A DNA stretch of 63,408 bases, filler included. It is 5 parts of 5 records of this genome, joined end to end, with 100 filler letters (N's around TTAATTAATTAA, not from the genome) between each part and the next. Parts side by side here need not be neighbours in the genome. Positions count along the whole stretch, not along the records: positions 44,140 to 53,852 come from SRR31156797_9436; positions 53,953 to 63,408 come from SRR31156797_9439; 3 more parts are not named here. One strand, written 5' to 3'. Each line of letters begins with the position of its first letter. Positions within the stretch are counted from its first letter, which is position 1. Below the pieces are notes generated by a model. It worked only from the letters and a program-made list of their open reading frames with translations. It had not been told where the DNA came from and did not search any database. The position numbers and the translations under genes are program-made. This document shows positions 49,489-61,200 of this stretch, one piece after another.

Positions 49489-50720
49489 AGGAATGCCTTC
49501 ATTTGTTTTTCCCTGATTGCCTTGTAACCCTGCCAGTCAAATTTCCTGAGGAATTTTGAGGCAGCCCTCGCACCCCGTACAAACAAATCTATTTTATCTT
49601 CATCAGGCATGGCAAAGTTGAGCCAGTCGTGATCACCTATGTCAATTTTTTCGAGGAGCTGCTTATACTCCGGGTTTTTGAGGATGAAATCATAATCATG
49701 CAAATGCCTGATGGAGTTGAACATGGCGCCAAACAATTTTCCGGGCCCGGTGATATTATTAGCACTATCCCTGTCAACACCCAACCTTACACCAAACGTG
49801 GGAAGACGAGGAACTACATTGCGCTTATGGAAAATATCAACAGGGAAGTTGGACATCAAACCACCATCCACAAAATAAACCTTCCCCGGAACGCGACCAT
49901 TAAACCCGGCTAAATCCTTCCAGTTCTTTTGAGCATCAGCACCTTGTGGAATGTTTTTAATAATCAGCGGTTCGAAGAAATAGGGCACCGACATGGAAGC
50001 ACGTACGAAAAGCCCGGGATTTACATCCTTTTCATTGTCCCAGTAAAGTTTTGCCATCCTGGGAAGTTCAACCTTGGTTTCGGTGGTGAGGTCGGCTCCA
50101 ATCACTGCGAATCGTGGTTCCAGACCTTCAATGGTTTTATCCACGTTGTCCCTGATTTTTAACCCCGCCGGAACGTTGCCAAACTCCCTTTCCAGGTCGG
50201 CAACTGTTTTGATTCCATTTTGATTAAGTATAGCTGATATCCATTGCAAAAAATCCTTTCCCGGGTTCAACCCGATATCATTCCTGATATTATCAACTAT
50301 CTGAACTCCTTTCCAGGCCATTTTCAAAATTCCGGCACCTTTTACGAGGGCTTTTACAAAGTCCTGGGCGTCACTATCACCATCCACAAATTCCATCAGG
50401 TCTTTGTTTGCCAGAACGCCAACCAGCTTTTCAGCTTTTGGTTTGGATACATCACCCATGCCTGCAAGCAGCAAGGCATTGATTGATCCGGCTGAGGTGC
50501 CGGCCAGGCTAAAAAAGCGCAAGCCCATCTGTTCCAGCACATAGTTATAACCAATCAGTGCTACGCCCAGTACGCCGCCACCCTCCATTACCAGTTCAAC
50601 ATATTGATTATCTTCTTCATCGATTACATCTGAAAATTGTTTATTGGAAATGTTCTCATTTTTGAGATCAGCCAGCAGGTTTTTTACATCAGGCTGTTGT
50701 GTGAAATCCGTGATATTCAT
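49485..50720 (-). CDS. Patatin-like phospholipase
   Basis: EGGGVLG, GTSAG nucleophile elbow, ASMSVPYFF, DGG. Confidence 0.9.
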   Translation of the reverse strand: MNITDFTQQPDVKNLLADLKNENISNKQFSDVIDEEDNQYVELVMEGGGVLGVALIGYNYVLEQMGLRFFSLAGTSAGSINALLLAGMGDVSKPKAEKLVGVLANKDLMEFVDGDSDAQDFVKALVKGAGILKMAWKGVQIVDNIRNDIGLNPGKDFLQWISAILNQNGIKTVADLEREFGNVPAGLKIRDNVDKTIEGLEPRFAVIGADLTTETKVELPRMAKLYWDNEKDVNPGLFVRASMSVPYFFEPLIIKNIPQGADAQKNWKDLAGFNGRVPGKVYFVDGGLMSNFPVDIFHKRNVVPRLPTFGVRLGVDRDSANNITGPGKLFGAMFNSIRHLHDYDFILKNPEYKQLLEKIDIGDHDWLNFAMPDEDKIDLFVRGARAASKFLRKFDWQGYKAIREKQMKAFL

Positions 50721-51854
50721 AAGGCTGTAGTTTTAAAGTGTGCTATTAAACACCAACAACACTCAATTTGTTTGAATAATATCGATGATGTGAATTCATA
50801 AATGTTTAAAAATTGGGCAAAAACAACCATTCGTGTCCATTTTTCTGTTAACCCGTATCATAAATAAAATCATAATTTGCTCATTTGGAATATCATTATT
50901 TTATTATTTCACACATTTCGAACCAACGCTAATATTGATTTGAAAACTTTTTCTTAACAATCTTATCCTTCACATACTTTGTACAATTCTTCGTATTCAA
51001 TAATACCAATAACATAAGAGCAGTCAAATATAATTATCATCCATATGCCTAAATATAGCTAGCTATAATGATTAGTTATCTCTAATCCATTTGCGATTTT
51101 ACCCAAAATATATGCTGAAATAAAGCTATGAAAATTCTAGTCCATCAACTGATTTAGAATCCCATTTATGGAAATATAATCCTCATTATGAGAATTTAAC
51201 ACAAGACTATAGACAACATCTATGCATATAACATATGATTAATAATTTTTAACACATCATATTATTAACATATATATCATAGTTGTTAATTCCTGTATAT
51301 CTGATGTAACCACAGATACCTAAGGATGATAAATATTCAGTAATGTACCCACTCAGATCCTAAATGCTCAACAACAGCAAGAACACTGATTTCCAGATAA
51401 TTTGGCACGAAATTGATTAATAAAAAAGGCTTTAATTACGATTTGTCCTTTGTAGTACAAACCCGGCAAACCAATGATAGGCAAAAGCTTAAACCCTGGC
51501 ATAATGGGAGAAAATGTAATAACACCCCTCGAAAGGCAATGTGCGATATTCCGCACCCGATCAGCCGTTAACAAAATTTCCAATCACTTTATAAAACCCA
51601 ATGGTTATCTCTGCTCAGTATCCGGAGGAGCAATTGAAACATCTCCATTTTCAATGGTTCCCGCCAGAAAAACAATCATTTCTGAAAGCTACGCAAATGA
51701 TTTTGCAGGAGGACATATTTTGAATGAAGGCATTCTTCGATTGGGATTAAGTACAATCGAATCCCTCACAAAGTTCAGGTCGTGTAAGGAATCATAATCT
51801 CAGTTGTAATCGCTAAAACATGAACAATACTTAAACAAATAAAAACCAATTAAA

Positions 51855-53852
51855 ATGAAAAATGAAATTTACTTAGCCAGACTTGGAAAAGGTTTATCAA
51901 TGTTTGTAAACAATTCCATCATTACCAGAGCATCAACAAAACTCCTATCCATAAAATTAGCAGTAATATTCGTGCTTTTGGCAAGTGGGACGGTCAGCGC
52001 CCAGGATTGTTCATATTTCAACAATATTGATGTAGAACTGACAACCGGCCCATATTTACCTTATGATTCAAACAAACCTGATGACCCGGAAAGTCCAACC
52101 TGTGGTTACATTGGATTTAGGATCACAAATAATTCAGGAGCCACAATTCCGGGATTGAATGCAACTTTGAATAATTTCGTTTACAACCCTCCGGCGAACT
52201 CAGCAGGACGCTGGGCACTTGCAGGGGATCAACCTGCTCTACAATATGTTGGGACCCTGGATGACGGAGAAAGTGATGTTGTTTACTGGTACGTGACCTA
52301 CCCATACAAAACCAAACAGGTAGCCCCAATTCCTTTAACAGTGGATGTTACTGTAAGTGATATTGCTGATGGTAGCTGTTGGTTTACCTATACTGAGAAC
52401 CCAACTGCTGATCCGGATATTTTATCAACTAAACCCATGCTCAGCTCCGATGGCGGGGGCTCTGTCATTAGCCTTTCAACTACTGGTGGAGTTGGTTTGG
52501 GATCGACCCTTGAAGCCACCATTGTCTATAATTACCAGTCTGTTGACCTTGGAGCTGACATCATGTTTCAGCCTTCCGGATTTCCTTCATTCAATGCAGG
52601 CTGCGCACAACTCTATAACATTCAGGTTGTTTCAGTAGACCCGGTTTTTGAATATAATCCTTCCAATGGCTATGGGGTGAATGTTAATGGTGTTGATAAC
52701 TGGGATTTGATGTACTTCCAATCACCCACTCAGGATGGTGGAAATACACATCAAATTACAGTGAAATTTTATTACAGGATTGATTGTATTGAAACTTCAA
52801 CAAGTGCCTATCCATGGGCAGCAAATACAAGTGGACAACAGGATAAATACCGCCTGGACATTGGTTATCAAATTGACATTGACGAAGTTGAGAATAATAT
52901 ATTGATCAGTAAATCTGTTGAACCAACAGTAGTTACTGGTGGCGAAACGGTAAAGTACACCATTGCAGTTACCAATAACAGCACTGATTTTGTATCCCTT
53001 GATCGTGTGGTAGACATGCTTCCCGACTATATATCATTTGTTTCGATGGACCCTTCAAGTGATGTGAACGTTAGCAATTCAAATGAGCTGCCCATCAATG
53101 GCCAAACCGGAACAATCTCATTTATCGGAGGGGTGCCAACTGCAACGCCTCCCTATCTTGAGTATTACCTGGATGGTGGAGAAACGATCAATGTGGTATT
53201 TAATGCGCTCGTGTCAACATCCGCTCCAACAGATACATATACCAATCAGGCATATTACAAGGTGGGTATTACAGATTCTGAAATTACAACAACAGATCTG
53301 GATGTTTGTGCCTTAATAACATTGAGTGCCCAAACAACCAATATGACAAACTGTTCTTCACCTGATGGCTCCATTACAATTTCTACAACTGGCCCGGGCT
53401 CCTCATTCGATTATAGCCTCGACGGTTCGAACTGGCAAACATCTAATACATTTAGTGGCCTCAACTCCGGAACATATAATGTTTATGTAAGGGAACACGA
53501 CAATAACCAGTGTACCAATAACATTGAGGTGGTTGTTGATTCAGATATTGAACTGCCCGATCCGCCTGTTAGCGGAGACGATGAAGAAATTTGTGAGGGC
53601 AATTCAAATCCGCAATTGTCTGTAACGGTGGGCGCTGGTGAAACAGCTGATTGGTATACCGTAACCAGTGGAGGAACACCATTTTTAAATAATTCATTAA
53701 CCTATACACCAGCTGTTACCATACCGGGAACTTATACATATTATGTATCAGCCAGAAATACTACAACTACCTGTGAGAGTAGTTCAAGGACTCCTGTTAC
53801 TTTAGTCATAACAGAACGTCATGATGCAGGTAGCAACGGCTCACTGGAAGTG
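51855..53852 (+). CDS. Large secreted adhesin-like protein with DUF11, SprB-like and Ig-like repeats (3' truncated)
   Basis: Signal region ..VSA/Q; ISKSV..GETVKYTIAVTN (DUF11); DGSITI..DYSLDG..FSGLNSGTY (SprB); ADWY..GG..TYYV..CES.RT.VT (Ig-like). Confidence 0.75.
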
Positions 53853-53952
53853 NNNNNNNNNNNNNNNNNNNNNNNNNNNNNNNNNNNNNNNNNNNNTTAA
53901 TTAATTAANNNNNNNNNNNNNNNNNNNNNNNNNNNNNNNNNNNNNNNNNNNN
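53853..53952. other. Artificial contig linker
   Basis: N44-TTAATTAATTAA-N44. Confidence 0.98.
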
Positions 53953-53954
53953 CT

Positions 53955-55598
53955 GTCCAGGTGCTTTTACGAAGAAAAAAGAACAATCCAATTCATGTTG
54001 GAGAGCCCGGTGTCGGAAAAACTGCAATAACAGAAGGTCTTGCTCAGATGATAGTGGACGGAAACGTTCCTAAACCACTTCTTGATCATACTATACTTCG
54101 ACTTGATATCAGCAATATTCTTGCAGGAACCAAGTACCGCGGGGACTTTGAAAAAAGGATGAAAAAGATCATCGAAGCACTTGAAAAGATCGACAATCTA
54201 ATACTTTTTATTGATGAGATCCACTCAATGGTCGGTGCAGGAAGCGCAGGAAACTCCAACATTGATATTGCAAGTCTTTTAAAACCTGTTCTGACTGAAG
54301 GAAAGATAAAATGCATCGGTGCAACAACTTATGAAGAGTACCGCAAACATTTCATTAAGGACTCAGCTCTTTCAAGACGTTTTCAAAAAATTGATATCCC
54401 TGAAACTTCACCCGAACAGACTTTGGAAATACTAAAAGGTATCGCCCATCGTTACGAAGATTTTCATAAGGTGAAATATACTGATGAAGCTCTTGAAACT
54501 GCAGTGGAACTTTCTTCAAGATATATGTCAGATAGATTCCTTCCGGATAAGGCGATAGACCTCATTGATGAGGCTGGTGCTTATAAACAGATGAAAGCAG
54601 GAAGAAAGAAGAAGATAGATACAGCTCAGATCGAAAAAGTGGTTGCTTTCTCAACTGGCAGAAAGGAAAGGTCGGTCAGTCGTGACAGATTAAAAATGCT
54701 TAAAAACCTTGAAAAAGAGATAAAAACTGACATTTTCGGCCAAAACAAAGCTGTAGACTCAGTTGTCAGAGCTGTTAAAAGAAGTTTTGCAGGATTCAGT
54801 GCCAATGAAAAACCTGTTGCATCATTCCTCTTTGCCGGACCTACCGGAGTTGGAAAAACAGAGCTTGCAAAAGTTCTTGCCGACAGACTTTCTCTGCCTC
54901 TTCACCGCTTTGATATGAGTGAATATCAGGAAAAACATTCGGTTTCAAAACTCTTTGGATCCCCTCCAGGATACGTTGGTTATGAAGAAGGCGGACTACT
55001 TACCGAAGCTGTGAGAAAACAGCCTTCCTGCGTTCTTCTTCTTGATGAGATCGAAAAGGCGCATGCAGATATTTTCAACTCGCTTCTTCAGATCCTCGAT
55101 TATGCTACTTTAACTGACAACACAGGAAGAAAAGCTGATTTTAAGAACGCAATTATCATCATGACATCTAATGCCGGAGCACGCGTTATAGGAAAGTCAA
55201 AGACAGGATTTGGAGAAAGAAGATTTGATGATGGTTCTCTTAATGAAGCTGTAAAAAAGACCTTTTCACCGGAATTTAGAAATAGACTTAGCGATATTGT
55301 TTATTTTAATGCTCTGGATCTGAAAGTTGTTGAAGATATTGTCATAAAGAGTCTGCGTGAACTTAACGAAAGAATGGAAAAGAAAGATGTTGTTATTGAA
55401 CTAACTGATGCAGCTCTTAAACATCTTACAAAAGTTGGATTCTCAAAGGAATTCGGTGCGCGTGAAACGGCTAGAGTCGTTGAGAAAAACCTTGAGCGTG
55501 TTCTTTTAGATGACATTCTTTTTAAGAAGCTCAAAAAAGGCGGAAAAGCTCTTGTTGATATTGAAAATGATGAGCTTTATCTCAAAAAGGTTAGTTAA
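53955..55598 (+). CDS. clpA: ATP-dependent Clp protease ATPase ClpA (5' truncated)
   Basis: RRKKNNP, GEPGVGKT, FIDEIH, GPTGVGKT, RFDMSEY, GSPPGYVG; no ClpB/C middle domain; followed by aat. Confidence 0.9.
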   Translation, partial: VQVLLRRKKNNPIHVGEPGVGKTAITEGLAQMIVDGNVPKPLLDHTILRLDISNILAGTKYRGDFEKRMKKIIEALEKIDNLILFIDEIHSMVGAGSAGNSNIDIASLLKPVLTEGKIKCIGATTYEEYRKHFIKDSALSRRFQKIDIPETSPEQTLEILKGIAHRYEDFHKVKYTDEALETAVELSSRYMSDRFLPDKAIDLIDEAGAYKQMKAGRKKKIDTAQIEKVVAFSTGRKERSVSRDRLKMLKNLEKEIKTDIFGQNKAVDSVVRAVKRSFAGFSANEKPVASFLFAGPTGVGKTELAKVLADRLSLPLHRFDMSEYQEKHSVSKLFGSPPGYVGYEEGGLLTEAVRKQPSCVLLLDEIEKAHADIFNSLLQILDYATLTDNTGRKADFKNAIIIMTSNAGARVIGKSKTGFGERRFDDGSLNEAVKKTFSPEFRNRLSDIVYFNALDLKVVEDIVIKSLRELNERMEKKDVVIELTDAALKHLTKVGFSKEFGARETARVVEKNLERVLLDDILFKKLKKGGKALVDIENDELYLKKVS

Positions 55599-56302
55599 TG
55601 ATCTGTCTTCTTGATCCTGAAACTATTGAATTTCCACCAGTTGAACAGGCAGATGAGGATGGACTTCTGGCAATTGGCGGTGATCTCAGTCCTGAAAGAC
55701 TTTTAAATGCTTATCGTAACGGAATTTTTCCATGGTACTCCGAAGACAGTCAGTTCAGCTATCTAGGAAATAAGATCCTCTGGTGGTCTCCCGATCCAAG
55801 ATTTGTACTTTTTCCAGACAAAGTTCACATTTCAAAAAGCATGAAGAAGGTTCTAAAAAGCGAACAATTCAGGATCACAATAAACAAAGCATTTCCTCAA
55901 GTTATCAGCAGATGCAGACAGGAAGTAAGAGCTCAGCAGGAAGGAACGTGGATAACTTCACTCATGGAAAAAGCTTACATCGAACTTAACAAACTTGGAT
56001 ATGCGATCAGTGTTGAAGCCTGGGTTAATGGAACGAACACTCTTGCCGGTGGACTTTATGGAGTTATGATCGGAAAAGCATTTTTTGGTGAAAGCATGTT
56101 TTCCACGGTAGATAACGCTTCAAAAACAGCCTTTATCACATTTTCACAAACTCTTATAAAAGCTGGATGCCCCATCATTGACTGTCAGGTCGAGACCACT
56201 CATTTAAAAAGTCTCGGAGCGCAGTATATTCCAAGAGATGAGTTCATGGAAGCAGTTGGCAAAGCTATTAAAAAAAGACCCGTGGATTTTGATAAACTGT
56301 AA
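55598..56302 (+). CDS. aat: Leucyl/phenylalanyl-tRNA--protein transferase
   Basis: GGDLSPERLLNAY..GIFPW, WWSPDPR, TWI, GGLYG, FFGESMFS, DCQ. Confidence 0.95.
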   Translation: MICLLDPETIEFPPVEQADEDGLLAIGGDLSPERLLNAYRNGIFPWYSEDSQFSYLGNKILWWSPDPRFVLFPDKVHISKSMKKVLKSEQFRITINKAFPQVISRCRQEVRAQQEGTWITSLMEKAYIELNKLGYAISVEAWVNGTNTLAGGLYGVMIGKAFFGESMFSTVDNASKTAFITFSQTLIKAGCPIIDCQVETTHLKSLGAQYIPRDEFMEAVGKAIKKRPVDFDKL

Positions 56303-56327
56303 AATTTTTTAATAATGAAATAAGATT

Positions 56328-56525
56328 TTGTCGACACTGCTGGCAGAATTATTAGCCGTTCAATATACAAAAACAGGGATCGCGACCACTTTAATGGCGA
56401 CAACACCTATGATACTTCTTCCAACAAGAATATTGTTTAAGCAAAAGATTGGTTTTAGAGAAGTTCTTGGTGCTGTTACAGCTTTTGCGGGAGTTGCTTT
56501 GATCTTTTTGAATCAGGTGGGTTAG
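56328..56525 (+). pseudogene. 3' remnant of an EamA/DMT transporter
   Basis: LAVQYTKTGIATTLMATTP...KQKIGFREVLGAVTAFAGVALIF matches only the last helices of a DMT; TTG start without evident RBS. Confidence 0.65.
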
Positions 56526-56545
56526 GATTACTTAAGGGAAAGTTC

Positions 56546-58123
56546 TTATTCTCCTGGTTTCCAGTCCCAGCTCCATGGATCTTTAGGATTTTCCGGGTTC
56601 GGAGTATAATCAATAAGCGGACATTTTGATGGATAAATGTCACAGTAACATTCAAGGTCTCTCACAACTATTTCTTCAATGCTTTGAAAGACATAAAAAT
56701 GCTCGAAAAGATATCCTGAATCCTTTCTAAATTTAAGGTCAAACGGTTCATCCATACAGATTGTTTTTCCGTCTTCAAATCTATAGAGGCAGGTATCTTT
56801 TACATCCTCTGATCCTCCGTTCGAGTACTTTCTCATCATCAGGATATGCTTATCATCAAGGTCTCCGGCCTGAATTGAATTAAGCTCCGACCATTCATAA
56901 ATAGTGGAATATTTTATATTTTCCTTATCTGTTATATCGGCCATTACAAGTTTGAATTCTTTATCTCCGGCTTTTGACTGTGACGTATATATCACAGTAT
57001 TCTTATCCTTAAAAAGAGGATATCTTCCGTATTCATCATCTTTTGAAATTTTTAAACAGCCACCATCACCTTTTTCAAGATCACAAAACTGAACTACAAT
57101 GTTATAATCAAAATAAACAACGTAGCTGTCAATCATTGAAGGATAACCAGCTCTTCTCTGAATCCCGAAAAGAGTATCTTTCTGATATGTCAACTCTTTC
57201 CACTTATCCCATTCACCTACCTTCGTGTAAAGAATTCTCATGTCTGTAGCATCTCTTTTAAAATGAACACTCATAAAAAGATAATTCTTACTTGCTCTAA
57301 CATCAACAATTTCAGTAGGAACTTCTGCAAATTTAAGTGCATATCCATATTTATTTTCATCTTTATCATAGTAGAAGAAGTGCCTGTTCTTTGGCCCATA
57401 ATAAGGGCTATCCTCATGATCTGAATCAACTCGATAATCAAATGTGGAAACAAAGTAATATTTGCTGTTCTGCCATCCATCCATGTATCCACGTCCAATT
57501 CTTTGAACTTTTCGGGTTTTTATATCATATGTGAAAGCCCCCCCCCCCTGCCAGGAAGTCGTTGTATTCTCAAGTAGATATGACACCTTCCCATTATGCT
57601 CATTTAACTGCACACTGTTAAATAAATCACTGGTAGCCCACTCTCCCGTGGATAAAAGAGCATCACATTGAAACTTTCCTGCTTCTGAATCTTTTTTATA
57701 ATAATATTCCCCCGTTCCATTCACCATTATAGGTTCAAAAGGATAGTTTTCTGAGCATTTATCATATGGGGCTGGTTTGCATTCATAACAATTATCTCCG
57801 CCACAGCTTTTTGACCAAAGGTCTCTTATGTTTTCAGGATCTGATGCTTTAACAGGTTCATCACCATAATAATAGTATGCCACATTTTTATCTGAGTCTG
57901 AATATGCCTCCCAGTATGGATTTCCGCTGTAATCGGGACTTTCTGAATCATCATCAGATGTATTTTCATCAAGGTCCAGATCTGAAAAAACATCATCTTC
58001 GACAGCCGTATCAGTCACATCAGAATCATGAATAGAATCCGTATCCTTTTCAGGGTTGTTTTCATTGCAGGATGTGCATGACCAGAACATTAATAAAAGG
58101 AATATTATTAAAACAGTTCGCAT
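56546..58123 (-). CDS. Uncharacterised lipoprotein, acidic linker, probable beta-propeller
   Basis: Hydrophobic leader with WSC/TSC lipobox-like Cys, Asp-rich tether, aromatic beta-strand repeats, Cys-rich ends; GGAGG RBS. Confidence 0.7.
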   Translation of the reverse strand: MRTVLIIFLLLMFWSCTSCNENNPEKDTDSIHDSDVTDTAVEDDVFSDLDLDENTSDDDSESPDYSGNPYWEAYSDSDKNVAYYYYGDEPVKASDPENIRDLWSKSCGGDNCYECKPAPYDKCSENYPFEPIMVNGTGEYYYKKDSEAGKFQCDALLSTGEWATSDLFNSVQLNEHNGKVSYLLENTTTSWQGGGAFTYDIKTRKVQRIGRGYMDGWQNSKYYFVSTFDYRVDSDHEDSPYYGPKNRHFFYYDKDENKYGYALKFAEVPTEIVDVRASKNYLFMSVHFKRDATDMRILYTKVGEWDKWKELTYQKDTLFGIQRRAGYPSMIDSYVVYFDYNIVVQFCDLEKGDGGCLKISKDDEYGRYPLFKDKNTVIYTSQSKAGDKEFKLVMADITDKENIKYSTIYEWSELNSIQAGDLDDKHILMMRKYSNGGSEDVKDTCLYRFEDGKTICMDEPFDLKFRKDSGYLFEHFYVFQSIEEIVVRDLECYCDIYPSKCPLIDYTPNPENPKDPWSWDWKPGE

Positions 58124-58141
58124 TCTAAAACCTCCAAATAA

Positions 58142-58176
58142 CTCACCCTGTCCCTCTCTTTCAAAAAGAGAGGGTG
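58142..58176. repeat. REP-like/intercistronic hairpin
   Basis: CTCACCCTGT-CCCTCTCTTT-CAA-AAAGAGAGGG-TG. Confidence 0.5.
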
Positions 58177-58202
58177 GCTGAAAAGCCGGGAAAGTTCAGT
58201 TT

Positions 58203-61200
58203 CTACCATCCGTCATCTTCTTCACAGTTGTTTTCATTGTATCCGTCACATGTTGAATTGCAAGTTGCGGTTCCTCCGGTGTAGTCACCGTTTAATGAAG
58301 TACAGGCAACTGAATTTCCGTCACATGTTTCACCTGATTCAACAACTCCGTTTCCACATGCCGGAGCCGGGACAGGTTCCATTGAACTGACTCTAAGTGT
58401 TGTTCCGTCCGGGAAGTATGTTTCATCAAGATATGTATAGCTGTCCCTCAGCTCTACAAAATCTCCGACAAACTGTGTTTCAATTATATTTTCACCATTG
58501 AAATCCAGCCTCACGACATTTCCATTTTTGTTGATATAGAGCCTGTTTTCAGAAACAACCATTTCCGGCCCGTCAAAATAAAAACCTGATGTAGGAATTA
58601 TTTCAAGTGTTTCAGCATTATACCTCTTCAGCCCTGCCCATTCAAGAACATAAAGAGTGTCACCAATAATTTCAATATCTTTTACATCCCCTGATGTGTT
58701 TACCTGGTGAACTATATCCAGCGTATCCGGATTAACAATCTTAATTCCCTGGCCGTCACCGACATAAAGATTGTTCTTATACTCTTTTACAGCGCCTGTT
58801 GTTCCATAAGTAGCTTTATGAGAATAACTGAAAGTATCAAGGTCAACTGCATCTATTCCGTTCTCAACAGCTGCAAACAGCTTGTTGTCAATGATTTCTA
58901 AATCTTTTACAGGGCCGTAAACATTCTTTTCATAAAGAAGAGCCATACTTTCAGGATTCTCATTGTTATAGATCTTTATTTTACTGTAAGTCGCAACAAC
59001 AAGAAGATCGCCTTTTCCCTCAACAGCCTTTACTGTTTCTCCAAAATAGATATCTCTTTTTATTTTCTGTTCAAAAGATCGGCACTCACCTCTTATCATT
59101 CTTCCGCCACTAGCATTATTTCCTTCAATTTTCAAACATGGTCCGTCACTTCCAAATGATTTAGAGATACCGATAAAAGTCTCCTCAAAACCGCTTTCTG
59201 TCAGATACCATGATTTTACTCCGGTGCCTGAAATGTCCTTAAGATCTGCGAGTACGATCTGTCCTTCATAAATGAACGGTTTTACGGAAGGATCATAGTT
59301 AATCGAAAGAGAAGAAACTTCCTGGATTCCATTTTCTTTGTCCCAGGAATTAAGAACATTCTGATTGTTTACGCCGGGTGCTGTGAAATAAAGAGTATTT
59401 CCTTCAACAAACATATTGTTGAGTGAAAATTTAGTCTGATAATTAAATGAGGTTGCAACTACCCAGCTCTGACCACTCTCGTTATATTCAAGAATTTCTC
59501 CTACACCATTGAGATCCATAATGAATGAATATATTTTCCCGCCAATTTCAAAGAGAGAGATATAACGCGGAGACGACGGAAGCGGCTCCAGCACTGTCAT
59601 CTGTGCACCATTGGCAGTAAAACTAATTTTTACAAAAACTGTGTTTCTTTCAGGTGTTGTTTCAAGAGAGTTCTGGGTTATGACTTCAAGGCTTGTGAAT
59701 GGATTTGAACTCACTACACTTGATGCCATGAATATTTCATTTCCTTTGACTGCAACTGCAGGGGATCTTAATGCAACTCCGTTAAAAACCACCTGGCTTT
59801 CTTTAAAAACACCACTTATATCTGAGAATGCAAGCCTTTGTTCATTGTTTTTACTGAAATATACGGCATTTTTTCCATTGAAATCAAATATCTGGTTATA
59901 ATCGCCTCCGAAATGAACAGGGCGAATCACCACATCTTCACCATCAAACTTTACTTTTGAAAAATCAGCAGGTCTCATTAAAGTTTCATAAAGATTGTTT
60001 TTTATTGGCTCTTCTACCCCAGCTTCCCAGGGCATTGGTCCATCCCAAGGTCTACGCCCAATATAATCGCTCATCATCTGCCAGTACCAGTCTGGAAAAC
60101 CTGGAATCCATTGTGCTCTCACCCATGGAGATTTAACAATTATAAGATCAACCTTATCTTCATTTACCTCCTTTATATTAAGCATCTTGTCTGCGAGCTT
60201 TAAACCGGAGTTATATTCAGGCCTTATATGACCCTGATGATTGTTACTGAAATAGTTCCTATTAACTATTTTTACTGCTTCAGGAACATAGGTCTGTCCA
60301 ATTTGGGATGCAGCCTGAGAAAGTTTAATCATAGGATAAACTTTAATTTCATTTATTAATTCATCTCTTTCTTCCTCACTTTCAACTTTTGGAACCGTCG
60401 ACTCGCCATTTCCATCATGAAGGTCAGAGTACAGATAAGGATTGTTCTGGTATTCCCAAGAATATCCAAATTTTATCTCCTTTATTTTCTCACCATATTT
60501 ACAGGAAAGCTCGTTCTCAATTGTAAGCCAGTCAACCGGATTGGCAGGAGTAGAATCTTTTACTGGCAGCCATGTGGGACGACCATTTTGTGTGTCCCAA
60601 GGCTCTAAAGGCTCTGCATGACTTGGGCCACAACCTCCATCATCATCACACTTTCCATGCAGAAAATCTGTTTTTCCGCAATAACAAAAATAGGAAACAC
60701 TTTTTGATTCCTCTTCATAATCCTGACGACAGAAATAACCAGCATTGTGAGAAACATAAAGTGTTTCACCCATATACTGATCTCCCACACAGAATTCTGT
60801 AAATGTGGAAGTGTTACAGTTCACTATATTTACATCAGTTCCACCTTCTTTTTCCCACCAACCTCTTGAATAAAAAAGATAGTTATCAATCTCATAATTT
60901 TCATTGTTTTCAAAATCCCATCTTCCATCATTATCAATATCACAAACCTTTCTCGCCTCCAAGCATTCATCACTGTTTGATCCGCGACAGTTGAAATTCT
61001 TTAAAGATGAAGAAACTTCATTCCTAGCATCTGGACAGGCATCTTTATCATCTTTCCACCCATCTCCATCCCAATCATCACAGGCATCTCCTTTTCTGTC
61101 ACCATTCCAGTTCTCCTGTCCTGGATTATAAACCCCTGGACAGTTATCTTTTTCAATAAGAATTCCATCGCCATCAGGGTCAATAGGATAAAGATAAACT

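Noticed and set aside
49485-50720. Patatin as a CBASS CapV-type defence effector
   Set aside because: No cyclase or other defence gene on the contig
51455-51545. c-di-GMP-I riboswitch (GGCAAACC...AAAGC)
   Set aside because: Lacks the GAAA-capped P2 stem and GACGCAAA core; partial resemblance only
51474-51797. 107-aa ORF upstream of the adhesin
   Set aside because: No recognisable domain or signal; not supportable as a gene
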